Shown here piece after piece: positions 1 through 9,314 of a stretch of 64,000 bases of DNA. Made by a program: the position numbers and the translations under genes. Source of the DNA: a phage; sequence record PZ445453.1; one strand, given 5' to 3'. Numbering within the stretch: position 1 is the first letter of the stretch; every line of letters begins with the position of its first letter. The notes below the pieces were generated by a model that worked only from the letters and a program-made list of their open reading frames with translations, had not been told where the DNA came from and ran no database searches.

Positions 1-200
1 TCATTACTAAGCTAAATATAATCTATCTAACCTTTAAAACTATAACTATAATCTATCGAATTGTTGCACAAAGTAACTATTAAATTGTTAGTAACATTAC
101 TAAATAATTAATATCCTATCTATTTATGATCTAATCTTTACCTTCCTATCTATTACCTAAATAACCATTTCATACAGAAATCATTTCATACAATAACTAT
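1..200. repeat. AT-rich leader with short direct repeats (CTATCT x4-5; CATTTCATACA x2)
   Basis: Motifs read at ~24-36, 49-61, 113-126, 142-156 and 165-198; no ORF. Confidence 0.5.
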
Positions 201-259
201 AACAAGAAATATAATTAGCAAGCGTATCATTAGCAGCCTATGCCGGACACATAGGCGGC

Positions 260-400
260 TAATAATAACGCAACTACACACCCCACATAATAACCATCAC
301 CGATAGTTATTATTTGTGCTTATGTAGCTTGCAACAATTGCAAGCGCAACAATATACATGGTATATTGTATCCCTTACATTGTTGCGGTGCGTTATTATT
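260..400. repeat. inverted-repeat / palindrome cluster
   Basis: TAATAATAACGCAAC (260-274) vs GTTGCGGTGCGTTATTATT (382-400); internal palindromes TTGCAACAATTGCAA and CAATATAC-ATG-GTATATTG. Confidence 0.5.
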
Positions 401-704
401 AGCTAATATTTGGAACATTGGCTATAATATAAGCTACATATAATAAGCTATTCAATAATAAACATCGTGAACAATGACATTGATGATCATAATGCGCCAC
501 CTTCCAGGGGACGCTATGTGAACACAAAGAAATCTTTCTTGTCAAGAAAAATATCACCATTATTGCGCAAAATTATTTATATCTGAATAGATGGTTTTTC
601 ATACTATTGCCCCATATAACCTATCATTTGTTGAGCCTATTCTCTTAAAAGCGCAATAAATCAGAATTATCTTGATTTTTAGGTAGTTTTATAGTATAGA
701 AAAT

Positions 705-913
705 ATGCAAATGATAATCATTATCAGCTATCTTCCACGGGTGGCACTATTTCACGCCAGATCATTTCATTTGGCAAGGTGTAGATAGATGTTTAGACTT
801 GCCAAGCCATTGATTTACTTAGAATTTATCTGTTTTGTTGTGAGTAGTACCTTTCTTGCTCAGAAAATAATCAAAAGTCTTATAAGTCATTGAATGATAA
901 TGCAAATGATAAT
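705..913. repeat. 14-bp direct repeat ATGCAAATGATAAT (705-718 and 900-913)
   Basis: Exact repeat read in sequence; both copies next to ATGATAAT-like half repeats. Confidence 0.55.
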
Positions 914-1042
914 AATTCTCATTGATATTTGAGGGGGACGGTCGGCAGAAATCGGGGGGCGCTGAAAATCGCGTTAAGCACCTCTCGCAAGCGAGCAGTA
1001 TTTTGCGGCAAGTTATTGATATTATTGGCTTTACGCTTATGA

Positions 1043-1131
1043 AAAGGGGTGTGTCGAAATAAATCGGGTATACCGGAAAATTTTTGTGGTATAGATATTT
1101 ATTTGTCTATATTATGTACAAAGGGGTGTGT
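1043..1131. repeat. direct repeat AAAGGGGTGTGT (1043-1054 and 1120-1131)
   Basis: Exact 12-mer twice, each followed by (C/T)(G/A)AAA(A)TAA, just upstream of the first ORF. Confidence 0.5.
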
Positions 1132-1224
1132 TAAAAATAATAGGTATATATAGAATAATTGATAGGGAAATCCTATACTAATTCCTCCATTAATGATGTT
1201 TCTATGTTACTGTCCTTGTAATAG

Positions 1225-1647
1225 ATGAAAAGACGCTATATGATGTGTGGCATGAAACGTAAATTTATAAAGGAGTCTGATATGTGTGTTCCTCTTAGCA
1301 GTCCACTGCTGTTAGAATTTTACAAAGCATGGATGGAAGATCATTCCTCAATGCATCGTGAGAATGTTGGTTTGTGTAATTGCCTTATGGATTACCTGGC
1401 AACCACTATGTCAAAGAAAAAACCTACGGAAGAAGATATAGAATATTTCAAGATGGTTCGTAGCAAAACGCTGGAAGAGATGAAACTGCAATTCACGTGT
1501 GCTGGGCTATCCTCCTTCCTACCCTTTAATTATGATCTTCTGTGTTATGAAGATGAAGGTAAGACACATTCTTGCCATACCAACCCAAAGAGATTGCAGT
1601 GGGTGAAAGATAGAATCGAAGATGCAAATAATGCTTGCATTGAATAG
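1225..1647 (+). CDS. hypothetical protein, paralog family A member 1
   Basis: 140-aa ORF; shares LLxFY...GLCxCL...PFN...KRxxWVxDR pattern with 3575..3943 and 4567..5151. Confidence 0.55.
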   Translation: MKRRYMMCGMKRKFIKESDMCVPLSSPLLLEFYKAWMEDHSSMHRENVGLCNCLMDYLATTMSKKKPTEEDIEYFKMVRSKTLEEMKLQFTCAGLSSFLPFNYDLLCYEDEGKTHSCHTNPKRLQWVKDRIEDANNACIE

Positions 1648-1717
1648 AAATGTCTGTACACTGTGTTCCATAAGATATGCAATATCGCGCATAACAAACT
1701 ACTAATGAGAGGTGTAA

Positions 1718-2176
1718 ATGAAAACTGTATCTTTGTATCTTGCTAACACGGAGCGTGTACATAATCTTGTAAAAGAATGCGGTGTGAGTGTTCAATTTAA
1801 CATAGGAAAGCCTTCCGTGGTGACAGGCAGTGAGATGTGTGTTATTGATTTCCTCAATGAATATTTTCGTGGAAAACCTATTGCTCGTCACTTCATTCAA
1901 GAAATGCGAGATGTTCTACAGGATTATGAATTCTACCCAGAAATTTGTGAACGCTATGAAACGATTCTTAGTTCTGTAGAAGATCCAGATACTAGTGAAA
2001 CAGGTGCTTCCCACTTGCTGTGGATGTTGAATGAAATTCAGGATGGGTGTAATGGTATGTCTGAAACCAAACGCCATCGTTGGCTAGGCTATATTCAGGG
2101 TGTTATGGTTATGAAAAACCTTATTACAGTGAATGATGAACGTAACGCTACACGCCCCGTCTTTAATGGAGCATAA
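1718..2176 (+). CDS. hypothetical protein
   Basis: 152-aa ORF in co-directional packed block. Confidence 0.55.
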   Translation: MKTVSLYLANTERVHNLVKECGVSVQFNIGKPSVVTGSEMCVIDFLNEYFRGKPIARHFIQEMRDVLQDYEFYPEICERYETILSSVEDPDTSETGASHLLWMLNEIQDGCNGMSETKRHRWLGYIQGVMVMKNLITVNDERNATRPVFNGA

Positions 2177-2177
2177 C

Positions 2178-2393
2178 ATGAAAAGCATTAGGGTGTGTAT
2201 TGAAAATAATTGTGGCTATCTGGGGTTGACACACGTTGCTTTCCCTCTTATATTGGATGCCGATATAGCTTACAGCGGAGTTGCTTATGTGTCATTCAAG
2301 ACAATGAGCCAAGTACCTGGCTGGAATTGGGAAGTAGTTGATGTTGTTGAAGGAGAAGACTATGTTTTCCTTCCACACGAATATACTGTTTAA
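2178..2393 (+). CDS. hypothetical protein
   Basis: ORF trimmed to ATG at 2178 (GGAG 6 nt upstream, directly after upstream stop). Confidence 0.45.
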   Translation: MKSIRVCIENNCGYLGLTHVAFPLILDADIAYSGVAYVSFKTMSQVPGWNWEVVDVVEGEDYVFLPHEYTV

Positions 2394-2408
2394 AGAGAGG
2401 AAAAGAAG

Positions 2409-2591
2409 ATGGATAAACAAACTACCGTGTACTTAGTAACAAAGAATACCCTAGACTGGAACCAATGCAGCACTGTCCCTTACAAGATCTGTGCAACATT
2501 AGAACTAGCACAACGTGCAGAAGCAGAAGTGGATGCCATGCAAATGCAACACAGCTATGGTGAAATCATTCCTTTTACTATTGAACAATAA
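2409..2591 (+). CDS. hypothetical protein
   Basis: 60-aa ORF, RBS-like AGAGG upstream. Confidence 0.45.
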   Translation: MDKQTTVYLVTKNTLDWNQCSTVPYKICATLELAQRAEAEVDAMQMQHSYGEIIPFTIEQ

Positions 2592-2602
2592 GGATTTGTG
2601 TA

Positions 2603-3055
2603 ATGTTTGAAATTGGTAAAGTGTATCGTTTTAAGAACGCATCTTATATCCGTAAGTTTGCTAATGTGTCTGAGTGCAATAGCAGGATTGCTTCTTTCTT
2701 AGGTGATTCCTGTTTTCGTGTATTAGATGTGGATGACTGGTATGGTGTCACTTCTTTGCAATCCTTAGCAGGAGAGCAAGAAATTATCACTCAAAATGAA
2801 GGAGACTTTGTTCTGTGTTACACCTTGCTTGCAGAAGCTGAGTTTGAATACTTTGTAGAAGTATTAGAAGAAGCACCAAAAAGTAAGCATGAAGAGAAAT
2901 ACCTGCTTGTAGTGGATGGAGTTCCAATTGTGGAAACCATCTCCCGTGAGGAAGTTGAAAAAGAGGCAAAACGTTACAAGCTGGATCGTACACAGAGTGT
3001 AGTTGAAGTCTATTCTCTTGTTGGTGTTGCAGATGTTCATGTGAACATTGTATAA
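2603..3055 (+). CDS. hypothetical protein
   Basis: 150-aa ORF. Confidence 0.55.
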   Translation: MFEIGKVYRFKNASYIRKFANVSECNSRIASFLGDSCFRVLDVDDWYGVTSLQSLAGEQEIITQNEGDFVLCYTLLAEAEFEYFVEVLEEAPKSKHEEKYLLVVDGVPIVETISREEVEKEAKRYKLDRTQSVVEVYSLVGVADVHVNIV

Positions 3056-3269
3056 TATGTGTAATGATAGATACATTCTTCGTGTATCTGATAAGTCTCC
3101 TATGTTTGACTGGCGGGGCTGGTGGCTACTAGCTCCGATGCAAGGTCTGACAGACGTGGAAAAGGAGGCTTATGTGTATACAAAAGAAGAGATAGAAGAT
3201 AGCCTTTATTTGACAGATAACATTAAGAATGGTATCTTTGAGTGTAAATTGAAAGGAGAGGAAGAATGA
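3048..3269 (+). CDS. hypothetical protein
   Basis: 73-aa ORF, short overlap with upstream gene. Confidence 0.45.
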   Translation: MYNMCNDRYILRVSDKSPMFDWRGWWLLAPMQGLTDVEKEAYVYTKEEIEDSLYLTDNIKNGIFECKLKGEEE

Positions 3270-3565
3270 CTGTTACAGAAAAACTGCGTTGTATTGCAAA
3301 GCAAAGTGGAGAAGGTTTGTGGTTTCCTATTGATGAAGTTATTCAGGACTGTTACGATCAGGCTAAAACTGGCAAATACTCCAAAGCATTTAAACCATCT
3401 GTTTTCGGTTTGGATGACTATCCGACAAATGAACAAGCAAGGAAACGCCAAGTTGATTTGATTGATCTTGCTATGGAAGCACTACGGGAGCGTGGACTTA
3501 GTAAGGTGTATGCTTTAAACACCAAAGAGGGTTTTGTAGATTCAGTGATCGTAGACTGGCATTAA
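3266..3565 (+). CDS. hypothetical protein
   Basis: 99-aa ORF, ATGA-type overlap with upstream stop. Confidence 0.5.
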   Translation: MTVTEKLRCIAKQSGEGLWFPIDEVIQDCYDQAKTGKYSKAFKPSVFGLDDYPTNEQARKRQVDLIDLAMEALRERGLSKVYALNTKEGFVDSVIVDWH

Positions 3566-3574
3566 GGAGCAGCC

Positions 3575-3943
3575 ATGCAAGAGAATAATAAAGTGTGTAA
3601 CATGAAAAGCAGCCCCTATTTGCTACAATTTTATGAGTGGTGGTTGGAACAAGAAGATACAAACTTTAGCAAAAAGCACTATGGTCTTTGCACGTGTCTT
3701 GTAGACTTCTTATACAACATTGCTTGGATAAAAGATGTTGAAAATGTATCAAAACTCCAATCCTCTGTACGAGAGGAAATGAAGGAACAGTTTAAGAAAG
3801 CGGGTTTGAACCATTTACATCCATTTAATACAGATTTCTCACATTACTTTACAGAAACAGAGTTAGGCATTGCACACCTTAACAAAGAACGTGTACAATG
3901 GGTGATTGATCGTATTCGTGATATGGAGGAATACAATGGTTAA
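3575..3943 (+). CDS. hypothetical protein, paralog family A member 2
   Basis: 122-aa ORF; family A motifs (LLQFYEWW, GLCTCL, HPFN, ERVQWVIDRI). Confidence 0.55.
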   Translation: MQENNKVCNMKSSPYLLQFYEWWLEQEDTNFSKKHYGLCTCLVDFLYNIAWIKDVENVSKLQSSVREEMKEQFKKAGLNHLHPFNTDFSHYFTETELGIAHLNKERVQWVIDRIRDMEEYNG

Positions 3944-4154
3944 GTTTAAAATTTTCTGTGCAATTACTGTTTGTCTTATTCTTGCATACGTATTATTCTC
4001 TAATATCATCCGTTTAGGTGAGTATATGGCAAGAGAAGCTCGTGAAAGCGAAGCTAAAAAAGAACAGTGTATTGTGTTCAAGCATCAAAGAGATGCTGAA
4101 AAGTTTCTCGCACTTGATTGCAATCGTTATGTATCTTATCAAATGTATAAGTAA
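3936..4154 (+). CDS. small membrane protein, paralog family B
   Basis: Start moved to ATG 3936 after GGAGGA; N-terminal hydrophobic helix; C-terminal KHQRDAEKFLALDCNRYVSY resembles 8648..8872. Confidence 0.45.
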   Translation: MVKFKIFCAITVCLILAYVLFSNIIRLGEYMAREARESEAKKEQCIVFKHQRDAEKFLALDCNRYVSYQMYK

Positions 4155-4163
4155 GGAGGATTT

Positions 4164-4388
4164 ATGGTAAAACGTCTGGAATGGGATGCGTGTACTGCTC
4201 ACGCTTGTCACTGCGATATTGTGGAAGATCCTAATGGAGAAATGGTGTATTATGAGGATTACGAAGCATTGCATAATGCTGTGATCGCTTTACTGGATGA
4301 TATTAGCTCTCGCTATCCAGGACAACAATTTACGTGTCCACACATTCAACTGTTAGCTAAACTTACGGAGTATCCAAGTGTTCCATAA
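4164..4388 (+). CDS. hypothetical protein
   Basis: 74-aa ORF with GGAGGA RBS. Confidence 0.5.
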   Translation: MVKRLEWDACTAHACHCDIVEDPNGEMVYYEDYEALHNAVIALLDDISSRYPGQQFTCPHIQLLAKLTEYPSVP

Positions 4389-4389
4389 T

Positions 4390-4557
4390 ATGGGTGTCCC
4401 TGAACAACTCCTCTTTATTGTAGGACTAGTAGGCTTATTGGCGGCTGGCGCTAAAGCCGCTTCTCACACGCATCACATAATGTTAAGATTTCTATTCCTG
4501 CTCCCTTCTATCCTCGTGTTATTAGTCATACTGATCGATAATATTTTGCACAATTAA
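4390..4557 (+). CDS. small hydrophobic protein (sub-threshold ORF)
   Basis: 55-aa ORF not in supplied track; two hydrophobic stretches; fills intergenic gap. Confidence 0.3.
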   Translation: MGVPEQLLFIVGLVGLLAAGAKAASHTHHIMLRFLFLLPSILVLLVILIDNILHN

Positions 4558-4566
4558 GGAGAGGTT

Positions 4567-5151
4567 ATGAGTAAAATTATACCAAGCAGTTATGAATTAT
4601 TACAGTTTTATGTATATTATATAGACTGGGTTACTAGATCAAATGTTAAAGACAATGCGATGTTTAGTAAAAACATCTGTTTAACAGAAAGTATCTTCCG
4701 TTACTGGCACACAGGCAGAAAGTGTACACACAGTGAAGCTATGCGCATTGTAGGTGAATACCTAGAGCAATTGCAAAAAGCAGAACTTCCTGTCCTTCAC
4801 CCATTCAATGAATCTAAAGAAGAATTAGAACAAGAGTGTAGGGAAGGTAAATGCCATTTGAATGAAAAACGTATTGAATGGGTAAGGCAACGTTTAGCCG
4901 ATGCAGGAAAGTCTCCTAGTGACTCTGACTATACGTGGTACGATGTAGAGGGTTTAGTTCAAGGTTTTGAGGCTTGTGCTATAAATAATACCAACTTTGC
5001 CAAAGTTTTATGCGAGGTTTATGACCTGGCAGATAAAATCCGAAATCAAGGATGGAAACAAGAGCATAAAGAATCATATGAACGCCTTGACAAGATTTTC
5101 AAACAGATCTATTCTAACCACAAAGAGATGTTCCAAATGGAGGATGTGTAA
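4567..5151 (+). CDS. hypothetical protein, paralog family A member 3
   Basis: 194-aa ORF; family A motifs (LLQFY, ICLTE, HPFN, EKRIEWVRQRL). Confidence 0.55.
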   Translation: MSKIIPSSYELLQFYVYYIDWVTRSNVKDNAMFSKNICLTESIFRYWHTGRKCTHSEAMRIVGEYLEQLQKAELPVLHPFNESKEELEQECREGKCHLNEKRIEWVRQRLADAGKSPSDSDYTWYDVEGLVQGFEACAINNTNFAKVLCEVYDLADKIRNQGWKQEHKESYERLDKIFKQIYSNHKEMFQMEDV

Positions 5152-5837
5152 TGAAAGAGATTATGTTTGAAGGGCATCGTTACGAAGTTCCAGACAATGC
5201 AAATTTCATGGCTCGTGATATCACTGGGGATGTGTTCTGGTTTGAAGATGAACCTGTGTTTTCTTCGAACAAACACTGGTTTTCACAACAATCTTCTTCG
5301 GAAAATATGACTTTTGGCTACGTAGAGCCTAAAGTACGTTGCAAAGCAGCTTCTTCTTTGGTAAAAATTTCTCAAGATGATCAAGAAAATACTCAAGATG
5401 TTGTTAGTGCACTACTGAAGTACATTGCAGAACTTGAGAAGAAAGTTAAAGAAGCAGAAACTAAAGTGAAAGCACGATCAGCAATCATCGAAACTATGTC
5501 TGAACGTATTTTAGAACTGGAAGATTTGTGTGGAGAGGCTTATCAAGTGGTTGGTGCACTGGCTTGTGAAGCAGAAATGTTTGAAACTTCAGAACAAGTT
5601 TCACATATGTTAGATAATTTAAGTGAATGTAAAATGATTCATGATGATGTATTGCCATTTTGTTGCAATGTTAACAAAACAGAGCAAACAGAAGATTCAG
5701 AAACAGTTTATGTTCCGCTGATGTGTGTTCCAGATCATCTAAAAGGTGTATTCTCTTGTAAATGGTCACTGTTGAGCGTTACCAACTGTGGTGAAAACTA
5801 TTCTGCTAACATTGAATTGCTAAAACACGTTAAATAA
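5151..5837 (+). CDS. hypothetical protein
   Basis: 228-aa ORF; central predicted coiled coil. Confidence 0.55.
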   Translation: MKEIMFEGHRYEVPDNANFMARDITGDVFWFEDEPVFSSNKHWFSQQSSSENMTFGYVEPKVRCKAASSLVKISQDDQENTQDVVSALLKYIAELEKKVKEAETKVKARSAIIETMSERILELEDLCGEAYQVVGALACEAEMFETSEQVSHMLDNLSECKMIHDDVLPFCCNVNKTEQTEDSETVYVPLMCVPDHLKGVFSCKWSLLSVTNCGENYSANIELLKHVK

Positions 5838-5847
5838 GGAGAGTAAG

Positions 5848-6252
5848 ATGTGGTCTGTTAAAATCAAATATAATGCACAGTATTATGGTGGACAACCTTA
5901 TGAAGTTGTTATTTGTGACTGTATCTCTAAAGAAGTTGCACAGCTTTGTGGCGCTGGCGTTAGTGAAGCTATGAACAAAATGCATAACTCGACTGTGCGT
6001 TACCTGGATCAAGATATTCCAGAAGATGTAAATGACTATGCTTACGAAGTTATTTACAGTGAAGGTAAGAAGCTCTCTATTGAAGATGCACTTAAAGCAC
6101 TACCTGCTATGTGCAGCCCAACACCAGAAGCAGTTAAAGAGATTTTACCAGAATCCAACCCCGATGAATATGCCTCTATGGTTGCTTCAGATATGTGGAA
6201 TCTCTGTCGAGAAACTATGATTAAAAATCTTGTGGAAATGGCGCATGAGTAA
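5848..6252 (+). CDS. hypothetical protein
   Basis: 134-aa ORF. Confidence 0.55.
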   Translation: MWSVKIKYNAQYYGGQPYEVVICDCISKEVAQLCGAGVSEAMNKMHNSTVRYLDQDIPEDVNDYAYEVIYSEGKKLSIEDALKALPAMCSPTPEAVKEILPESNPDEYASMVASDMWNLCRETMIKNLVEMAHE

Positions 6253-6463
6253 AACACACTTTATACATCCGTTTGATCCAAAGAACAAGGCTGTTATACA
6301 CCGCCGTTGGACTGAAACGCGCATTACGAAATGTCCTGTGCCAGCAGCACAGGAATATAACAAAACATATAAAGCAGAATTTGTGGAGTACACCTTTATA
6401 AATAACAAAGGGAAGGAGGTTTATGTTCCAGAATACTGCCTTTGGATAAAATGGGAGGAATAA
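6245..6463 (+). CDS. hypothetical protein
   Basis: ORF trimmed to ATG 6245 overlapping upstream stop. Confidence 0.4.
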   Translation: MSKTHFIHPFDPKNKAVIHRRWTETRITKCPVPAAQEYNKTYKAEFVEYTFINNKGKEVYVPEYCLWIKWEE

Positions 6464-6630
6464 TGCAAACATTTTTTATCGACAAGTTCAATAAAAATAT
6501 GAACACGTGGATGGCAACATTCACTATGCAATTTGCGTCGTTTAAAGAAGCTCAAGAATGGTGCGATCAACACAAGGATTTTGATTTTTACTATCAAATC
6601 AATCTGAATCTCTCTCCAGAGGAGAAATAA
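6463..6630 (+). CDS. hypothetical protein
   Basis: ORF trimmed to ATG 6463 after GGGAGG. Confidence 0.4.
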   Translation: MQTFFIDKFNKNMNTWMATFTMQFASFKEAQEWCDQHKDFDFYYQINLNLSPEEK

Positions 6631-6631
6631 T

Positions 6632-6976
6632 ATGTTGGCTGATATTGAAATCCTTATGTACCGACAAGGTATGATCAAAATGTGGCTGGACTCTTTTAGC
6701 AACATATACAGCACAGTGCGATCAGCAGAGGAGCGTAAAACGCTTATTTTATCTGCTATTGTTGATAAACAACGTTTCTTCAAAGAAGTTTTGCAAACAG
6801 GCTTCTCCGATGCAGGAGTAGAGATTGCAACTCTTAGTCTTGGGGTGCTGTCTTACTTGGAGTCCGTTGTTTTATATGTCTTCTCTTTAGAAGAAGACTT
6901 GCAATTTGAAGCATTAAAACTTATCTTAGATGCTGCAATTGACATAGAACAAAATCGAATTGATTCTTTTGAATAA
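6632..6976 (+). CDS. hypothetical protein
   Basis: 114-aa ORF. Confidence 0.5.
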   Translation: MLADIEILMYRQGMIKMWLDSFSNIYSTVRSAEERKTLILSAIVDKQRFFKEVLQTGFSDAGVEIATLSLGVLSYLESVVLYVFSLEEDLQFEALKLILDAAIDIEQNRIDSFE

Positions 6977-6992
6977 AAATAAGGAGAAAACT

Positions 6993-7451
6993 ATGCAAGA
7001 GGTTAAACATTATCCACATGGTCGTAGTTTTGTAGCTGTATGGCATGTTCCTGCTCGTAATGAACTGTTTTGTGCATCTTTTCATTACAAAGATGGACAA
7101 TATTTCACCTATGACGAGACGATGGATGATTTTATCCCAGAGTGCGATCATGGGTATACACCAATGTTCTTTAAACGTATGAAAGCTCGTTTCTTCGTTA
7201 CAGATGTTGATGGTGAACCTACTTGGCACATCGAAGAAGATTGGCAAGATTCTGTGGATATTAAAGAAGCCCCAGAATGGGCTACACTACTGGTACACGT
7301 GAAAACCCCTACCCTTGACATTATGGCGTGGGTTAATCATGATGATACCCATTACCAATACATAAACAGTAGCACAGAGATTTCTGGTGAGATTATTGGT
7401 CGTTGGAAGCCTACGAATCAGGTTGCTATTGTCGGATATAAGGCAGTATAA
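6993..7451 (+). CDS. hypothetical protein
   Basis: Start at ATG 6993 after AAGGAG. Confidence 0.5.
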   Translation: MQEVKHYPHGRSFVAVWHVPARNELFCASFHYKDGQYFTYDETMDDFIPECDHGYTPMFFKRMKARFFVTDVDGEPTWHIEEDWQDSVDIKEAPEWATLLVHVKTPTLDIMAWVNHDDTHYQYINSSTEISGEIIGRWKPTNQVAIVGYKAV

Positions 7452-7452
7452 T

Positions 7453-7647
7453 ATGAAAAGTAGCGTAGATTGGGATGATTTATCCGCTTTTGAAAAATGG
7501 TTCTTAGGTAGTGGTTGTTATGCAGATGGGGATCTCGAAAGAGATCCTTCTGGAAACTACATTATGCCATTAACCCAAGGTTTTTATGAGTGCTGGTGCG
7601 CAGCACAAAACAACGTACTGAATAAGGAGACAACACAATGCAATTAA
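7453..7647 (+). CDS. hypothetical protein
   Basis: ORF trimmed to ATG 7453 directly after upstream stop. Confidence 0.4.
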   Translation: MKSSVDWDDLSAFEKWFLGSGCYADGDLERDPSGNYIMPLTQGFYECWCAAQNNVLNKETTQCN

Positions 7648-7877
7648 ACATCGGACAACCAATTTTTGATGCAGATACTGGTCAATATGCAGTGATTGTT
7701 GCTCGTATGAGCGGTGATGACTTTATTGTTTCAGAACTACTGGAATCAGATCCGCAACTGCGTGTGGTTTGTGACCTATATCTTCGAGACGAAAGTGATC
7801 GCATTGCACTGAAAGAAGATGGTATGCTTTACTACACCTGGACTAGAGATCCTGGTGTAAAGGAGGTAGAGGTATAA
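7638..7877 (+). CDS. hypothetical protein
   Basis: 79-aa ORF with AAGGAG RBS. Confidence 0.5.
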   Translation: MQLNIGQPIFDADTGQYAVIVARMSGDDFIVSELLESDPQLRVVCDLYLRDESDRIALKEDGMLYYTWTRDPGVKEVEV

Positions 7878-8176
7878 TGGTAAGGAATAGGGGTTTACAT
7901 AAAAGAAGACACCTTACTTACTGGCATCGCAAAGTACATGAACCTGTATCAAAGAAAGAATGGCAATACCTGCCTTATGGAAAGGAGCGAAGGAAGTATT
8001 TGTTAGCTCATTTAAGAGTACATGGTTCGCTTCCTGTTAACAGTAAGTGGCAATTGCAAACAGTTTATGACGAAGATATGAAATATCTGTTAAAGAGAGG
8101 CATTATTTGCCTTGTTAAGATAGGACGATGGAAATCTCGTCAATCTTATATCGTACTTAAACAGGAGAAACCATGA
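7877..8176 (+). CDS. hypothetical basic protein
   Basis: 99-aa ORF, Lys/Arg-rich. Confidence 0.5.
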   Translation: MVRNRGLHKRRHLTYWHRKVHEPVSKKEWQYLPYGKERRKYLLAHLRVHGSLPVNSKWQLQTVYDEDMKYLLKRGIICLVKIGRWKSRQSYIVLKQEKP

Positions 8177-8424
8177 ATATCAAAGATGTTGTAGCATATG
8201 TAGAAGATGAAGTTAAAAACCATACAAGTTTACTGAAAGTAATGGTTGTGGTTAAAAATGGCATTGGACAAGTAAACGTACAACATGTCTTATCTGATAC
8301 TGTATATAATGTGTTTGAATGTAAAGACACACCTCATGGAGTACGTGTGGTGTATATTGATAACAATTTCAAAGAATGTGTGAGACATACCTTAGAAAAT
8401 GAACTAAGGATCACAATCTTATGA
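8173..8424 (+). CDS. hypothetical protein
   Basis: 83-aa ORF, ATGA overlap. Confidence 0.5.
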   Translation: MNIKDVVAYVEDEVKNHTSLLKVMVVVKNGIGQVNVQHVLSDTVYNVFECKDTPHGVRVVYIDNNFKECVRHTLENELRITIL

Positions 8425-8594
8425 GTTATTATGTTGTACCCTATGCCAATAAGTGGAGAGTAAGAGAAACTTGTTTTCTATTCTCCTGGTGGGCTACGTT
8501 CGGAGATGGTTGTGGAAATGATACAGGGAAGCCTGTAGAGTATGACACAAAAGAAGAATGTGAACAGTGGATAAAATTAACACAAAGATGTTGA
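8421..8594 (+). CDS. small Cys-containing protein (sub-threshold ORF)
   Basis: 57-aa ORF not in supplied track; ATGA overlap with upstream gene. Confidence 0.3.
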   Translation: MSYYVVPYANKWRVRETCFLFSWWATFGDGCGNDTGKPVEYDTKEECEQWIKLTQRC

Positions 8595-8647
8595 CACGAT
8601 CTTAACTTCTTGTTAGTATCAATATGTACTAACGATAAGGAGGGTTT

Positions 8648-8872
8648 ATGAAGTCTGTAAACAAGTTGCAACAATTTTTGTTATCAACAGCAATCTTTTT
8701 GCTTTTGTTAATTGGTATTCTGTATGGTGCATCTAACTTATACAATCTACACAACAATGTAGAACATAATATAGAGAAGTGCACCATCCTAAAACACAAT
8801 AAACAAGCAGAAGATTTCTTAAAGAATAAGTGTTACAATTACATTGATTATGAGGAGACAAACAATGATTAA
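8648..8872 (+). CDS. small membrane protein, paralog family B
   Basis: N-terminal TM helix; KHNKQAEDFLKNKCYNYIDY resembles 3936..4154. Confidence 0.5.
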   Translation: MKSVNKLQQFLLSTAIFLLLLIGILYGASNLYNLHNNVEHNIEKCTILKHNKQAEDFLKNKCYNYIDYEETNND

Positions 8873-9107
8873 ACAATTAGGGATGCGAGTATACAGTGAG
8901 TGGACTCCAAGCAATGGCCCAGGAGTTGTTGCAGCTAAATGTATCAATGGTCGTATTGAGTACCTGGAAGGTTATGAAGATAATGAAGAGTTAGTAGATT
9001 ATGCTAAATCTTTTATTGAAGATGATACAGACTTTATTGTATTGTATGATACAGGAGAGTTAGAGTATGGATATGATGGAGATGGGGATATCTTTGAACT
9101 TCAATAA
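8865..9107 (+). CDS. hypothetical acidic protein
   Basis: ORF trimmed to ATG 8865 after GAGGAG. Confidence 0.45.
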   Translation: MIKQLGMRVYSEWTPSNGPGVVAAKCINGRIEYLEGYEDNEELVDYAKSFIEDDTDFIVLYDTGELEYGYDGDGDIFELQ

Positions 9108-9125
9108 GAGTAGTAAGTAAGATAT

Positions 9126-9174
9126 AAAGAGTATATAGTTAGTTATAGAGTTAGTAACATTACATATACTCTTT
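9126..9174. repeat. intergenic inverted repeat (AAAGAGTATAT ... ATATACTCTTT)
   Basis: 11-bp arms read at 9126-9136 and 9164-9174. Confidence 0.5.
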
Positions 9175-9314
9175 CCATGTATAACATGGAATATTCTCTA
9201 CCTCGCTATCGCTCGGTATATAAGATTAGGGTAGCATGTTTTTTACGAAAAGTAAAACTGTTTGTACCGATTGATAGCAGGTTTTTAATAGATTTTATCT
9301 ATGAGGAGTAGAAA

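Noticed and set aside
1-1224. CRISPR array in the repeat-rich leader
   Set aside because: Repeats are short (6-14 bp), irregularly spaced and not separated by uniform spacers.
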